Assembly (NCBI GenBank): GCA_951406725.2 | Contig: OX597825.1 | Location: 58,962,001-59,026,000 of the forward strand | Source of the DNA: Octopus vulgaris | Lineage: Eukaryota | Length of the DNA: 64,000 bases | Direction: 5' to 3' | In this document: positions 27,671 to 40,384 of the stretch, in pieces | Numbering within the stretch: the stretch's first letter is position 1 | How the letters are laid out: every line of letters starts with the position of its first letter | Made by a program: the position numbers and the translations under genes | The notes under the pieces: model-generated | Told to the model about the DNA's origin: nothing | The model's database searches: none | What the model saw: the letters and a program-made list of their open reading frames with translations, nothing else

Positions 27671-28074
27671 TACTCTTTTTACTTGTTTCAGTCATTTGAC
27701 TGTGGCCATGCTGGAGCACCGCCTTTAGTCGAGCAAATCGACCCCAGGACTTATTCTTTGTAAGCCCAGTACTTATTCTATCGGTCTCTTTTGCCGAACC
27801 GCTAAGTGACGGGGACATAAACACACCAGCATCGGTTGTCAAGCAATGCTAGGGGAACAAACACAGACACACAAACATAGTCACACACACTTATATATAT
27901 ATGCATATATACGACAGGCTTCTTTCAGTTTCCGTCTACCAAATCCACTCACAAGGCATTGGTCGGCCCGGGGCTATAGCAGAAGACACTTGCCCAAGAT
28001 GCCACGCAGTGGGACTGAACCCGGAACCATGTGGTTGGTTAGCAAGCTACTTACCACACAGCCACTCCTGCGCC
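27671..28074 (-). mobile_element. SINE family A, young full-length copy
   Basis: Retains many CpGs; same structure as 19074-19490. Confidence 0.9.
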
Positions 28075-28090
28075 TATTATATATATATAT

Positions 28091-28660
28091 AAATGGAGTG
28101 TTTTGGAAATTCCTTGATAGAGTTATAATATTTGTGGAGAAGATTTTTTCTCAAAGAGTTAAGATTAAGAAAGGAACCTTTTTAGAAAGTCAAAAGGCAC
28201 TGACCTTTGGGAAGAGATTTCACAAAACGTGTCCAGGCTTTTGCTTTTATAGATGTGCAAGCGCTGTCACCTCTTAACGTTTTTAAGCACATGTTATTTC
28301 ATATAGTGAAAGTTGTTTATGGTAAAATTGTTGTTGACTATTTCTGGTTTAGTTTCAGACTCAGAAATCTTATGAAATATTCTTCTTTTGCCTTCTGGAG
28401 AAGGTCGTTCTCTTCATTTATTTTATGAAGAGGGAAAATTGTAAATTTTCCTTGTGCACAGGTGTTTAAATGATCGCTACATGATATGCATCTAAGTGCG
28501 GGATATTTTATTTGATGTCTATGCACGTTTACCCAGTTGTTTAGTTTCATTAAGCCACACACATTTTGTGAAAACCCTACCCAAAGGCTAGTGCCTTTCG
28601 ACTTGCTAAAAAGGTTCTTTTCTCAATCTTAAGTCTTTAAGAAGAAAATCTTCTCTCCAA

Positions 28661-28664
<4 letters not shown>
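28091..28664 (-). mobile_element. 5'-truncated Penelope-like element (GIY-YIG endonuclease C-terminus) with 5' inverted pLTR fragment
   Basis: ORF 28338-28562 contains VHRHQIKYPALRCISCSDHLNTC..FTIFPLHK..KEEYFIRFLSLKLN, matching the PLE endonuclease C-terminal pattern (HR.QI..P, H...C, E..FI....LN). Inverted repeat 28128-28232 / 28559-28664 is about 85% identical. Flanked by (TA)n. Confidence 0.75.
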
Positions 28665-28686
<22 letters not shown>

Positions 28687-28694
<8 letters not shown>

Positions 28695-28884
28695 GAAAGA
28701 TTTAAAAGGCCAAACAATGCAAATAGATTTAAAGATGAGGTAATGTAAACTAAAAGTAAGTCACCTGGTAATCTTTGGTCATATATGTATCCAATATTTC
28801 AGGACAAATCTATTTGCATTGTTTGGCCTTTTAAATCTTTCAAAATATTCCATATACAATGCTTCAAGCAAACTATAAAATCTT
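28687..28884. repeat. Fold-back insert in (TA)n: 38-bp perfect inverted repeat plus tail
   Basis: Arms 28693-28730 / 28806-28843. Confidence 0.85.
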
Positions 28885-29037
28885 ATATATATATATAGTT
28901 CAAATGTACAGAAAACAAAAAAGTAAGACAGGTAAGGGAACAACAAGCAGGTGTATTAGTTTGATGCTTGGGAAGAATGGAAAAGTCTTTGATTTTTTGA
29001 GTCTATGCTCTTCGACAGAAAGGGAGGAGGAAAAATG

Positions 29038-29098
<61 letters not shown>

Positions 29099-29773
29099 TG
29101 TTGGGATTAATGGTTTAACATGAAATATATATTTCGTTTTTGGATTTGGTTTGCAAGATTCTTTATGTGAGTTTGTGTGTTGAAGCATATTCTCTTGTTT
29201 CTGGGGAGAGTCATTTTCTTTTTGTGTCTTATGATTTAACACACTCACCAGTAAAATTTCCACCTATTTCTTATTTTTATTTTCCTAAAATTTTCGTTGC
29301 AACCTTTTCGTCTTGCAACCTTTTCAATTGTCTTCTATTTCTAAAACCTGACACTTATTCCATCGATCTCTCATGCTGAACTGATACGTTATGAAGACAT
29401 ATACAAACCAACACTGGTTTTCAAGCAGTGATTGGGAACAAACACACACACACACACACACACACATCTGATGGGTTTCTTTCAGCTCGCTGTCTTACAT
29501 ATTCATATATAAGACAGCAAGCCAGCACAATTCTTGCTGCACTGGCCAAAACATTTAGTGGCATTTTGTCTGTCTTTATGATTATGATTGGAGCTCACAT
29601 TCTGCTTAAGTTGACTTTGCTTTTCATCATTTTAGGGTTGATAAAATAAGTACCAGTTGAGCACTGGGGTTGATATATACATATAAACATATTTGCATGT
29701 GCATATATATGTATACATACATTTTATGTCTGTGTGTGTGTGAGTGTGAGTATGCATATATATGCATGTTACA

Positions 29774-29791
29774 TCTATTATATAAAATCCA

Positions 29792-29828
<37 letters not shown>

Positions 29829-30140
29829 TTCTAGGATCTTGGGTATCCTCCATCCGATTGCGCTCAAATTTGATATGTAGATGCTGACAGTATCAGGGCG
29901 TGTATAAGTCTTGAAAAAATTACAAAAATCGATTCCAGGTGAGAATGCGATCGATAAAGCTGTGGGAATGTGCATTTGTAAAATCATTTTTCTTGGAATA
30001 GAAAAAAAGTCTATCTTTATTTCTTCTTTTGCTGGTGTCTCAAATTTAGGTTTAATCAGTGTTTCTCAAAAGGGAGGCCTATGGGACGGCTGGACAAGTT
30101 GTTTTGAGAAAATTTGGTTTAAATGTTTGACAACTCAGCA
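29774..30140 (+). mobile_element. 5' part of a Helitron-like element
   Basis: A|TCTATTATATAAAA start followed by (TG)n and a CCGATTG..AAATTTG segment like the element at 23808. No 3' end is visible. Confidence 0.5.
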
Positions 30141-30149
30141 CCGTTTTGC

Positions 30150-31670
30150 TCATAGATACATATATGGAACAAAGCATGATAGTGTTACCAAGAATGGCTA
30201 TGAAATTTGGAGAATGCAGGAGAGAAAGAAGATCTTCATAACCTGGACACAACAGAGGGTCCAGTTATCTATTTGTCAGCAATATAGGAGATTCAGAAAT
30301 TAAAGATATGAAGGAGAGGAATACTCCTGGCTGATCAAGAATGACGGCTGAGATACTAAAAATAACTCTGACAGAGTAGGACATAGCTTAGTCACTTACA
30401 TAGTTAACCAGGTTGTACATAAAGGTGTCATACTCAATGACTAGCATAGCAAAATCATAGTCAACTACTACAAGGATAAAAGAGATGCCTTAGTAATAAG
30501 TAATTACAATGCTATCAAATTACCAGACCAAATCATGAAAGTTACAGAAAGAGTTATAGTCTGATTAATTAGGAAGAGTTGCAGTTTTTTTTTTTATTTT
30601 TCTTCATGTTAGGGAAAAGTATTGCTACAAGAGCAGGAGAAGTATTTAGCTAAAAGTACTTGGCAATATGCTGACCTGGAGAAAAACCTTTGATAGGCGC
30701 CCTTGCTCTGTGATCAGCAGGTCTCTGAGGAAGCTGGTAGTAGGTGAATTGCTTGTGAGAGTTATGCAGGCTATGTCAGAGGTATTGTCAGTAAGTTGAG
30801 AGTTAGTAAGAAGCACAGCAATGGATTTAGTGTACAGATAGGAGTTCATCACTGCTTGATTCTAAGTCCCCACTTATTTGTCATTGTCTTCCAGGCCATT
30901 ATAGAAGAATTTGTGACTAGATGCTCTTGGAAATTACTATATGCTGATGACCCTGTTCTTAAAGCAGAATTTGTAGTTGAATTAGGAGAGAGAAATTCCA
31001 GGCTTAGAAGAAAAACCTGGAATCAGTCTTAAAGTTACCTTAACAAAAACCAAAGTTCTAGTAAGCAAGAGAACGGACAGGACTAAACACTCTTCTGGTA
31101 AATAGTTCTACTCAATATGTAAGAAAAGATGTAGGTAAAAATTCCATATAGTGTACCTAGTGCAAGTTATTGACAGAGTGGAATTGTAGGAAGGTTAACA
31201 GAGAAAGATTTTGTATGTAGCAGATGCACTGGAACAGTAAATACTAAGAATAACTGGAAACAAGTCTTCTTGAATGCCCAGGTGGTTCTTAGAGGTAATA
31301 GATAGTTTCTGTTACATAGGTGATCTAATTAACAGTGGACGAAGCTGTTCTGAAAGTACAGTTGCTAGAATAAGAACAAGATGGAGAAAAAAACCAGACA
31401 GCTATTACCTCTGTTGGTGATAAAAGATCTCTCTTTTGGAGTGAAAAGTATATTGTGTGATGTTTGTGTGTGAACAGTAATGTTACAAAGTAGTGAGATG
31501 TGGGCTTGCAAAGCCAAAAATGAATGAAGTTAGTATGAGCTACTGGATGTGCAATGTCAGTATGAATGTGTTGAGAGAATAATTGGGTATAAAAGGAATA
31601 AGATAAAACTTGTAGGAGAGACAGATCCAAGAAGAGCTTCAAAGAGGAGATGAAAAAAGGACCAAGATGA
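30150..31670 (+). mobile_element. Decayed RTE-clade LINE, reverse transcriptase region
   Basis: Fragments ADLEKTFDR and FSVQIGVHHCLILSPHLFVIVFQAI..KLLYADD; many stops and frameshifts. Confidence 0.8.
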
Positions 31671-33613
31671 TTGGTGATTTGCTGTAGATCTGTTCATCAT
31701 GGTGAAAGTGAAGTCTTACAAAGCATATATATTTATGTTTATGCACCCACTGGGTCCTTCCCTGCATCCAATCTGTCTCTATCAAGCCTTCCCCAAGTTT
31801 CATCCACTAACACCCATCCCACCATCACTCTTCTCACTACAGCTCAAATCAGCAGCTGTAATCAACAAATTTTACACATTTTTCATCTCCTTTTGTGCAA
31901 CTAGTTGCCTTCCTTTTACAATCAATCCCTTTTCTCAACATCATCCCTTCCCGCTTTATGTTCCACCAATCACCTGTTTTCCATGCCCCCAGTTATCTCT
32001 CTCCTCCAAGCTACATCTTAGGACTTATACCTCATCTTTAACACTCTCTCATATCTGTGGTGAGGCTCCCACTCACTATAACCATCCCAATATATCTCTA
32101 GCCTCCATATCTGCCACTGTACATATCTCTCTCCCCTGTCCTCTCCCAATCCACATGTAACCTCCCTATTTTCTATATTTACTGCTTTTTTCCACCCTTC
32201 CTGTATTGACACCTAACACATCTTTCCTGAGCTACATGATATTTACCATCAACCACATCTCTGCCTTCATTCACAACATTTACATCTAAGCAGACTTAAA
32301 TACACACCAATACCTGTAACTAAAAAGAAAATGTTGTGCTTACAGCAACTAGGTTTTCTAAGTGGTCAGCCATCTAAGAACTAAGCTCAATGTTACTTAA
32401 ATGAGAACCAGTGAACTTAACATGACATGGTCATTAAACGAAACACAATTATGTACATAAGTTATTTATGCTTAGGTTAATTATTTACACCTAACATTGC
32501 ATTTAAATAGACGAGAACATTCACTGTAGATTCCATAGCTTTAATCATCATTATTAAATGTCTGTCTTCCATGCTGGCACAGGCTGGATAGTTTGATGAG
32601 ATTCAGTGAGCCGTAGGGCTGTGTCGAGCTCCCATGTCAGCTTTAGCATGGTTTTTATGGCTGGAGGCCGAGTCAAATGTGCTTCAGGATGGGATGCTAT
32701 ACTGCTGTGTAATAGCTTTTACTTGATTCAGTCACTGGACTGTGACATTACTGGGGGCACCACCATGAAGGGTTTAGTCAAGCAAGATCACCCCCCCCCC
32801 TTTTTTGTAAGAACTTGTACTTAGTCTGTCAGTCTCTTTTGCTGAACTGCTAAATTACAAGGACATAAACAAACAAACACTGGTTGTCAAGCAGTGGGAG
32901 ACACAAACACCAACACACAATAATGAGTGTATTTCAAATATCACCTTCACTCTTTACCATCTTCACTACACGCACCAGCACCATCTTGGTCCACCACCAC
33001 CACCAATACTATTATTACAACTACTACTACTACCATCTTTATTACTATTGATATAACTGGTTCCACCATCTCATTCTAGTCTTCTACCACCACCACCTTT
33101 CCAACTCTAACCTGTACCACCACTAGCCCAATTTCAGTAACCTGCAGGACCACCACCACCACCACCACCACACTACTACTACTACTACCAACACCACCAC
33201 AAACCGTAGTTTTACCCCCCACCCCACTACTACAAGGTCAGTAACCCCACCCCACCGACTAACACTGCAACATAGCTACCATCATCATAAACTTTAGTGC
33301 CATCACCATCACTACCACAAGCCCTATAACCTACAACTCACCAGCACAACCACCACCACCACCATCATCATCATCATTATCATCAACCAGAACATTACCA
33401 GCTTGACTGACCTCATGTGTTTGAATGAAACTAGTAGAGTAGTTTGTTGTCTCTTGACTGTCTCAACAACCTTTTCAAGTTGAAGTGGTCTGTTATATAT
33501 ACACATACCAGGCATGGCTCACTTATATATACCCTGACATACATTTTCAGGATATCCGAAAAAATGACTAAGACATAGGTACATGTGACTGAACAAGGCT
33601 TTGTTTCACAAAG

Positions 33614-33680
<67 letters not shown>

Positions 33681-33782
33681 AAGAAAGAGAGAGAGAAAGA
33701 GAAAGTTTGTGAACTTTGAATTAAATTAGTTTATAAGCATGAACTCAACATGAAAAAATTATGAAAACAGAACTATAAAATA

Positions 33783-33828
<46 letters not shown>

Positions 33829-34152
33829 GGTGGTGAGCTGGTAGTAGAATCGTTAGCACACTGGGCAAAATGCTTAGCGGCATTTTGTCAGTCTTCATGT
33901 TCTGAGTTAGAATTCTGCCGAGGTTGACTGCCTTTCATCCTACCAGTGAAACACTGGGGTTGATGTAATCGACAAGTCCCCTCCTCACAAAATTCGCTTT
34001 TAGTAGTGGTTCCCAACATCCTAAAAGTGGTTCCCAGCCTCTTCACAGTGGTTCCCAACCTTTTCACAGTAATTCTCAACCTTTTCACAGTGGTTCCCAA
34101 CTCTTTTATGTAAATGAGTTTTCCCATGAACCCTTTATAATATGCTTATCCT

Positions 34153-34200
<48 letters not shown>

Positions 34201-34208
<8 letters not shown>

Positions 34209-34490
34209 TAAATTAGAGACAAAACCACTATTAGGCAAATCATACAATGAAAAACTTAAGCCAATACATAAGATTATTTAATTATATTTTTTTAATAATT
34301 TTGTTATATATTTAAATAATATAAATTAAATAATCTTATGTATTGGCTTAAGTTTTTCATTGTATGATTTGCCTGATAGTGGTTTTGTCTCTAATTTAAT
34401 ATAATATAATACTTTACTATAAAATTGGATTCAATCCTAAATCTGATTTTTCTCTGTAAGTTTGGATTTATTCCCTAATATTTATTATTA
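34201..34490. repeat. Fold-back insert in (TA)n: 83-bp inverted repeat plus tail
   Basis: Arms 34201-34283 / 34324-34406 with one mismatch. The right arm and tail are homologous to the sequence downstream of the hammerhead at 34798. Confidence 0.85.
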
Positions 34491-34797
34491 ATATATATAT
34501 ATATATATGCATATACATAAGGATAAGCATATTATTATTATTAAGGCGGTGAGCTGGTAGAATTGTTAGCACACTGGGCAATATGTTTTGTCCGTCTTTA
34601 TGTTATCTATGTTCTTATTCAATAAGATATTTCATGTTTTTATTTTAAGATATATAGTTGAATTTTGTTCAGCTTTTTATTGTAAAATTACATATTTTTA
34701 TATATTTATTTTTTAAAATTTTATTTTATCTAGTTTCAGCTCATTTCTTATAAGATAATATACATACATTTATTTAATTATTTTATTGTTTTTATCT

Positions 34798-34882
34798 TAG
34801 ACCTGATGAGTGACTATATTTAAATTAAATTGATTTTATTGTTATCAATTTGAAAATATAGCCATGAAACACATGTAGCCTA
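34798..34882 (+). ncRNA. Type I hammerhead ribozyme motif (Penelope-type)
   Basis: TAGAC-CTGATGA-GTGACTATATTT...AAATATAGCCAT-GAAAC-ACAT-GTA-GCCTA. GUA cleavage triplet, minimal stem III, and one mismatch each in stem I and the basal helix of stem II. Confidence 0.75.
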
Positions 34883-35127
34883 TTTACTAATTATACACTA
34901 ATTGTATACTATTTATTATTTCGTACTTTATTTAGTTCTAGGTAAATGTTTTATCGTATCTTGAATTTTTTCTATATGGTATGCATTAAGTATATCCTTG
35001 TTGAATTGCTACATGGTGGTTTTTCTCTAATTTATATACATGTATTATATATTGTGAAATTTGACATAGTATTACTAAATTGAATTTTTCCCTGTAAGTT
35101 TGGAATCATATTCTATAATATTATTAT

Positions 35128-35168
<41 letters not shown>

Positions 35169-35441
35169 TTTGAATTTAGTTCATGGACCCCCCAGGACTA
35201 TCTTTATGGACAACCAGGGGTCCACAACTCCAGGTTGGGAACCACTGTTTTAATAGAAAGGATTATTATTATTAAGGTGGTGGGCTGACAGAATCATTAG
35301 CAAGCTGGACAAAATGCTTAGCGATGTTTTATCTATGTTCTGAGGATCAATGAAATAAGTATCAGTTGAACACCAGGGCTGATGTAATCGAGTTATTCCA
35401 TGCCCCAAAATTGCTGGACTTGTACCAAAATTTTAAAACAT

Positions 35442-35474
<33 letters not shown>

Positions 35475-35826
35475 TATTATTATTATTATTATTATTACAA
35501 CTGATTTCACTCAGGTTTGTTTTTATTCCTGGTAGAATTTATAGGGGTAGTAGGTTACTACACATAATCTTAGGTATCCACATGCTCTCAATTGTTTTTC
35601 AAGAGCTTAAGATCCTTCTGATAATTTTAAATATATATACATGTATATGTGTATATGTATGCATACCTATGTATGCATACCTATGTATGCATACCTATGT
35701 GAATGTATACCTGTATATATATCTGTATATGTATCTACATGCATGTGTGTGTTTATATATATGTATGTATGTTTGTATACATATCTATATTGTTATGCAT
35801 ATATATGTATGTGTGTACTTTGTATA

Positions 35827-35872
<46 letters not shown>

Positions 35873-36376
35873 AATGCATGTATGTATGTTTGTATACGTA
35901 TCTATCTATATATTTAAATACACCATGTATATTATAATAATTCATGTTTGATAATTACTTAATTACTAAATGTTTATATAGTATTTAGTTTTAATTATAT
36001 TACTTATATCCCCTTTAATTTATCAGAAATCCTTTTATTAATTTATAGTAATTTTGCTATTATCATCTTCTGTAGTTTTTAAAAAAATTATAACACAGCT
36101 TTCATATTTTTGTGTATCCTAACATTAAGAAAGTATATTAAAGTCGAGGTGTATTTAACAATTAACCTTTTTCACCTGATGAGGTAGCCCCAATTCTTCA
36201 TTATCTTCGATGAATTTTTCATATTTCGAATTAATGCAGTCATGTGAGTAGCTTATTATTAAATATGATAATATGAGCTATTCACATATTTTGGTACAAT
36301 TGAGACAAATCTGTCATGATACTTTTATGATTTTTGTTGAATAAAGTTCATTATAATATTTCTCCATCATTTACAT

Positions 36377-36428
<52 letters not shown>

Positions 36429-36433
<5 letters not shown>

Positions 36434-36645
36434 GAAATGAGGTACTCAGAAATCTGGATGGTTTTATATTTACAGATATTTATTAGTATGTTATATGTTT
36501 TTATAAATCATAGATTATATATTAGTGCTTTCGTCCATTCTAGTGGAGTCTTCAAATATCTGTAAATATAAAACCATCCAGATTTCTGAGTACCTCATTT
36601 CTTATAATATATAATACCTGTACATCATCTCCAAACCTTCTAAGA
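36429..36645. repeat. Fold-back insert in (TA)n: 50-bp perfect inverted repeat with a truncated hammerhead in the spacer
   Basis: Arms 36432-36481 / 36554-36603. The minus strand of 36527-36554 reads TGAAGA-CTCCA-CTAGAA-TGGAC-GAAAGC. Confidence 0.85.
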
Positions 36646-36656
36646 TATATATATAT

Positions 36657-36977
36657 AATTAAAGTCAAAATGAGTGTGAAAAAATTGGATATTAATTTAA
36701 TAACATCAATTTAAACACCAGTGGTCTAGCACATAAAAGACTGAGATTCAGCAAATATTATTAATACACAAATATGAGAGAGAATCCACTATGTGGACGC
36801 TCTTACGCTAGAGATAGATCCGCAATGGTCTCAACCACTAAGAATTGTTCTCAAGAAAAATTAAAATTTAGCGTGCTAAATTTTTCTCGAGAACAATTCT
36901 TAGTGGTTGAGACCATTGCAGATCTATCTCTAGCGTAAGAGCGTCCACATAGTGGATTCTCTCTCATATTTGTGTAT
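36657..36977. repeat. Fold-back insert in (TA)n: near-perfect palindrome with ~105-bp arms plus tail
   Basis: Palindrome 36764-36977 centred at 36873-36874, with two substitutions and a short duplication in the left arm. Unpaired extension at 36657-36763. Confidence 0.85.
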
Positions 36978-36989
36978 ATATATATGTAT

Positions 36990-37061
<72 letters not shown>

Positions 37062-38876
37062 TATGTTATCTTTCTGCAACAGAAGATATCATATTGATGG
37101 AAATCGGAAACTTTCAATCAGAATTGATTGAAATCTCAAATTCCAGAGGGCTAACATTGATTCTGTTAAAAAGAAACTGTTCATCTACTCAGTTTGAGTA
37201 CCCATTCTTCCAGTTTGTTACTAACACATGCAAGTGTGTCTTCCCTTCTTGGTTAAAGGAAGGTGATAATTTGATCTTTATAAGAGCCAATAAATAAATC
37301 CCTCCTACACAGACAACAGCTGTTCAACAAAACTTGACCATGTGTTGAATAGGTTGGCCATTGAAGTGTCCATAACAGCTGGAAAGGCACAAACATATTG
37401 TCAATGGTGGACTGTTTCACACTGTACAATCGACAGTAGTCTTCCATAAAAGGCTTCAGTTTATGTAACGATACAAACCTCCATCTTATTAGGTTAACAG
37501 TCCTGTTGCTGGCTAACTTGCCTGAATGTTCCAGGGCCTGCCCATCACCAGCAGAGATATCATCACCATCATTGTTGTTTTGATGCTTATTTTCCTATGC
37601 TTGCATGTCATCATCATCATCATCATTCATTAAGGTAAATTTTATAAGGCTGGATGCCTTTCCTTTCACCAACTCTCACCTGTTTCCAAACAAGGTAGTA
37701 CTTCTCCATGGTGATATGTTTCTAGAGAACATTGGAGACGAAGGACACAGCTTGTATGACAGCAACACTTGTTATTACAACTACTATGCAATGTTGAAAC
37801 AAGGAGATCCCAATACATGCACACTCACACATATACATAGACACATACACACACATATATACATAAACATACACACATAGAGACATATACACATATATAT
37901 ACATAGACACACACACATATATACATCAACACATACACACATATATATATATATATAGACACATACACACACACACATATATACATAGACATATACACAC
38001 ACATGTATATACATAGATATACACACACACACATTTACATAGACACATACACACACAATCAATGAGATTTTCCCAGTTTCCAAAGTCACTCACAAGGCCT
38101 TGGTCAGCCTGAGGCTGTAGCAGAAGACACTTGCCCAAGGTACCATGCAGTGGGACTGAATCTAAAACCACATGCAGTAGGACTGAATCTAAAACCACAT
38201 GGTTGGGAAGTTAATTTCTTAACCATATAGCCATACCTGGTATGTGCAACAGAATGCCTAAACAACAGACAATAACAACTTATGCTTGAATGGATTTGAT
38301 CACACACAAACTACTTACTGGGGGGTTCCAAGTTAGACACACACTTGGTCAGTTCAAATAGGGTTTAAAAAATATAATATTAGTTGGAGGCGAGGGAGTG
38401 CCTATGACTTTCACAAGCCACTCCTACATTGGTGGTTTATGTTCAGAGGGCTTAATGTCTAAACAGGTAAAGAGGAAATTACAGGTAAGAAAAATTATGG
38501 GGTGAGACAGTGTGTGGTGTGGAAAGGAAGTGAGAAAACACTGTAAATGTAGTAGTTCTCAAGGACTTATTCAGAACAAAATGAAATCAATCCTAAAGCA
38601 GTCAACCTTAAAACTAATGTAACAAATCTAGGAATGAAAATTATAAATAGGTGTGGTTGTATGAAACGAAGTTTGCTTCCAAACTTATATGGTTTTGGAT
38701 TTCATTCACAAAGTGTGGCCCTTTGTAAGGGGATTTAGTTGACATAAACTGAAAGGATCCTATTGTATATGAGTGTGTGTGTGTATATATATAGTTTAAA
38801 TTTACTGAAAACAAAAGATGAAGGCAGGTAAAGGAACAACAAGCAGGTGTATTAGTATGACACTTGTGTGTGTATA

Positions 38877-38938
<62 letters not shown>

Positions 38939-39335
38939 CTTTTTTACTGGTTTCAGTCATTTGACTGCAACCATTCCGTAGCACTGCCTTGAAGTCCGCC
39001 TTTAGTCAAACAAATTGACCCTAGAACTTATTTCTTTTTACGCCTAGTACTTATTCTATCGGTCTCTTTTGCCAGACCACTAAGTTACAGGGACATAAAC
39101 AAACTAACACCAGTTGTCAAGTGATGATGGTAGACAAACAAAGACACAAAAACACAGATACATACATACATATATGATGGGTTCCTTTCAGTTTCTCTCT
39201 ACCAAATCCACTCACAAGGCTTCAGTCGGCTTGAGGCTATAGTAGAAGACACTTGCCCAAGGTACCATGCACTGGGATTGAATCCAGAACCATGTAGTTG
39301 GGAAGCAAACTTCTTACCACACAGCCATGTCTGTG

Positions 39336-39388
<53 letters not shown>

Positions 39389-39812
39389 CATACATATGAT
39401 TCCCTGACTTATGGTTTCTTAGATGACTCACACATGCATATATATATTTGTATGTATGTAACAACAAATAGTATGTACAGAGAAAATCTAATCTTTATTT
39501 TAGGTCTCACCTTACAAATCTAACAATTGCTTCAATTGCATTAACACATACACACACACATACATACATGCATATATACATATATATATACACACACACA
39601 TGCATGTATATATATATGCATACACACATATGTATATGTATACACACACACACAAATATAGACAATATCATTAAAAATTAATAATAATACTTTCGAAAAT
39701 ATGTTAATATAACATTATCAAGGTAATCCAAATTAGTGAAATTTCACCTGAACATCTGCAAAAATGTTAGCAGTTAATAAACGCTAACAAAAAGAAACAC
39801 CTAAAATGTATG

Positions 39813-39858
<46 letters not shown>

Positions 39859-40350
39859 TGTGTGTGTGTCTGTTTTTCTGTTTGTGACCCGACACCATTT
39901 GACAACTATTGTTGCTTTCTCTGTGTCCCTGTGACTTAGCAGTGTTTGGTGAAGAAAATTGATAAAAGTATCAGATTTACGCACATAAAATACTGGGATT
40001 GATTTGTGCGACTAACCCTTAAAAATTGGTGTTATAGCAGGACCACAATCCAATGACTGAAATATAAAAACTGATAAAAAAGATAAAAGAAAACATAAAC
40101 GATATTTACCTCACCCATAAAAATATTCACACTGACATTGAAACTAAACTAATATTCTGAATGTACAACTCATTCAATCGTATCATATAGCTAGGCGTGG
40201 CTGTGTGATAAGAAACTTATTACCCAACCACATGGTTCCGGGTTCAGTCCCACTGCATGGCATGTTGGGCAAGTGTCTTCTACTACTAGCCTCAGGCTAA
40301 CCAAATCTTTGTGAGTGGATTTGGTAGATGGGAACTGAAAGAAGCCTACC

Positions 40351-40380
<30 letters not shown>

Positions 40381-40384
<4 letters not shown>

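Larger units (their letters stand above)
34003..35247. mobile_element. hAT-type MITE, heavily nested
   Basis: Termini CAGTGGTTCCCAAC / GTTGGGAACCACTG. The left terminus is tandemly repeated about five times as 21-bp units. It interrupts a SINE whose tail resumes at about 35248. Confidence 0.65.

Noticed and set aside
31699-32160. 153-aa P/S/L-rich ORF
   Set aside because: Compositionally biased pyrimidine-rich strand next to a decayed LINE, with no domain signature.
33324-33616. Possible alternative first exon ending at a GTCAGT donor (about 33410)
   Set aside because: The frame that would be phase 0 has stops and no ATG; the open frame is phase 2 and incompatible with the exon at 6307.
36175-36245. 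CCTGATGAG as another complete hammerhead
   Set aside because: No paired stem II or GAAA follows. At most it is a decayed relic, although it sits in a similar AT-rich insert. Other isolated CTGATGA hits (about 529, 8232, 12373, 20935) also lack the rest of the fold.
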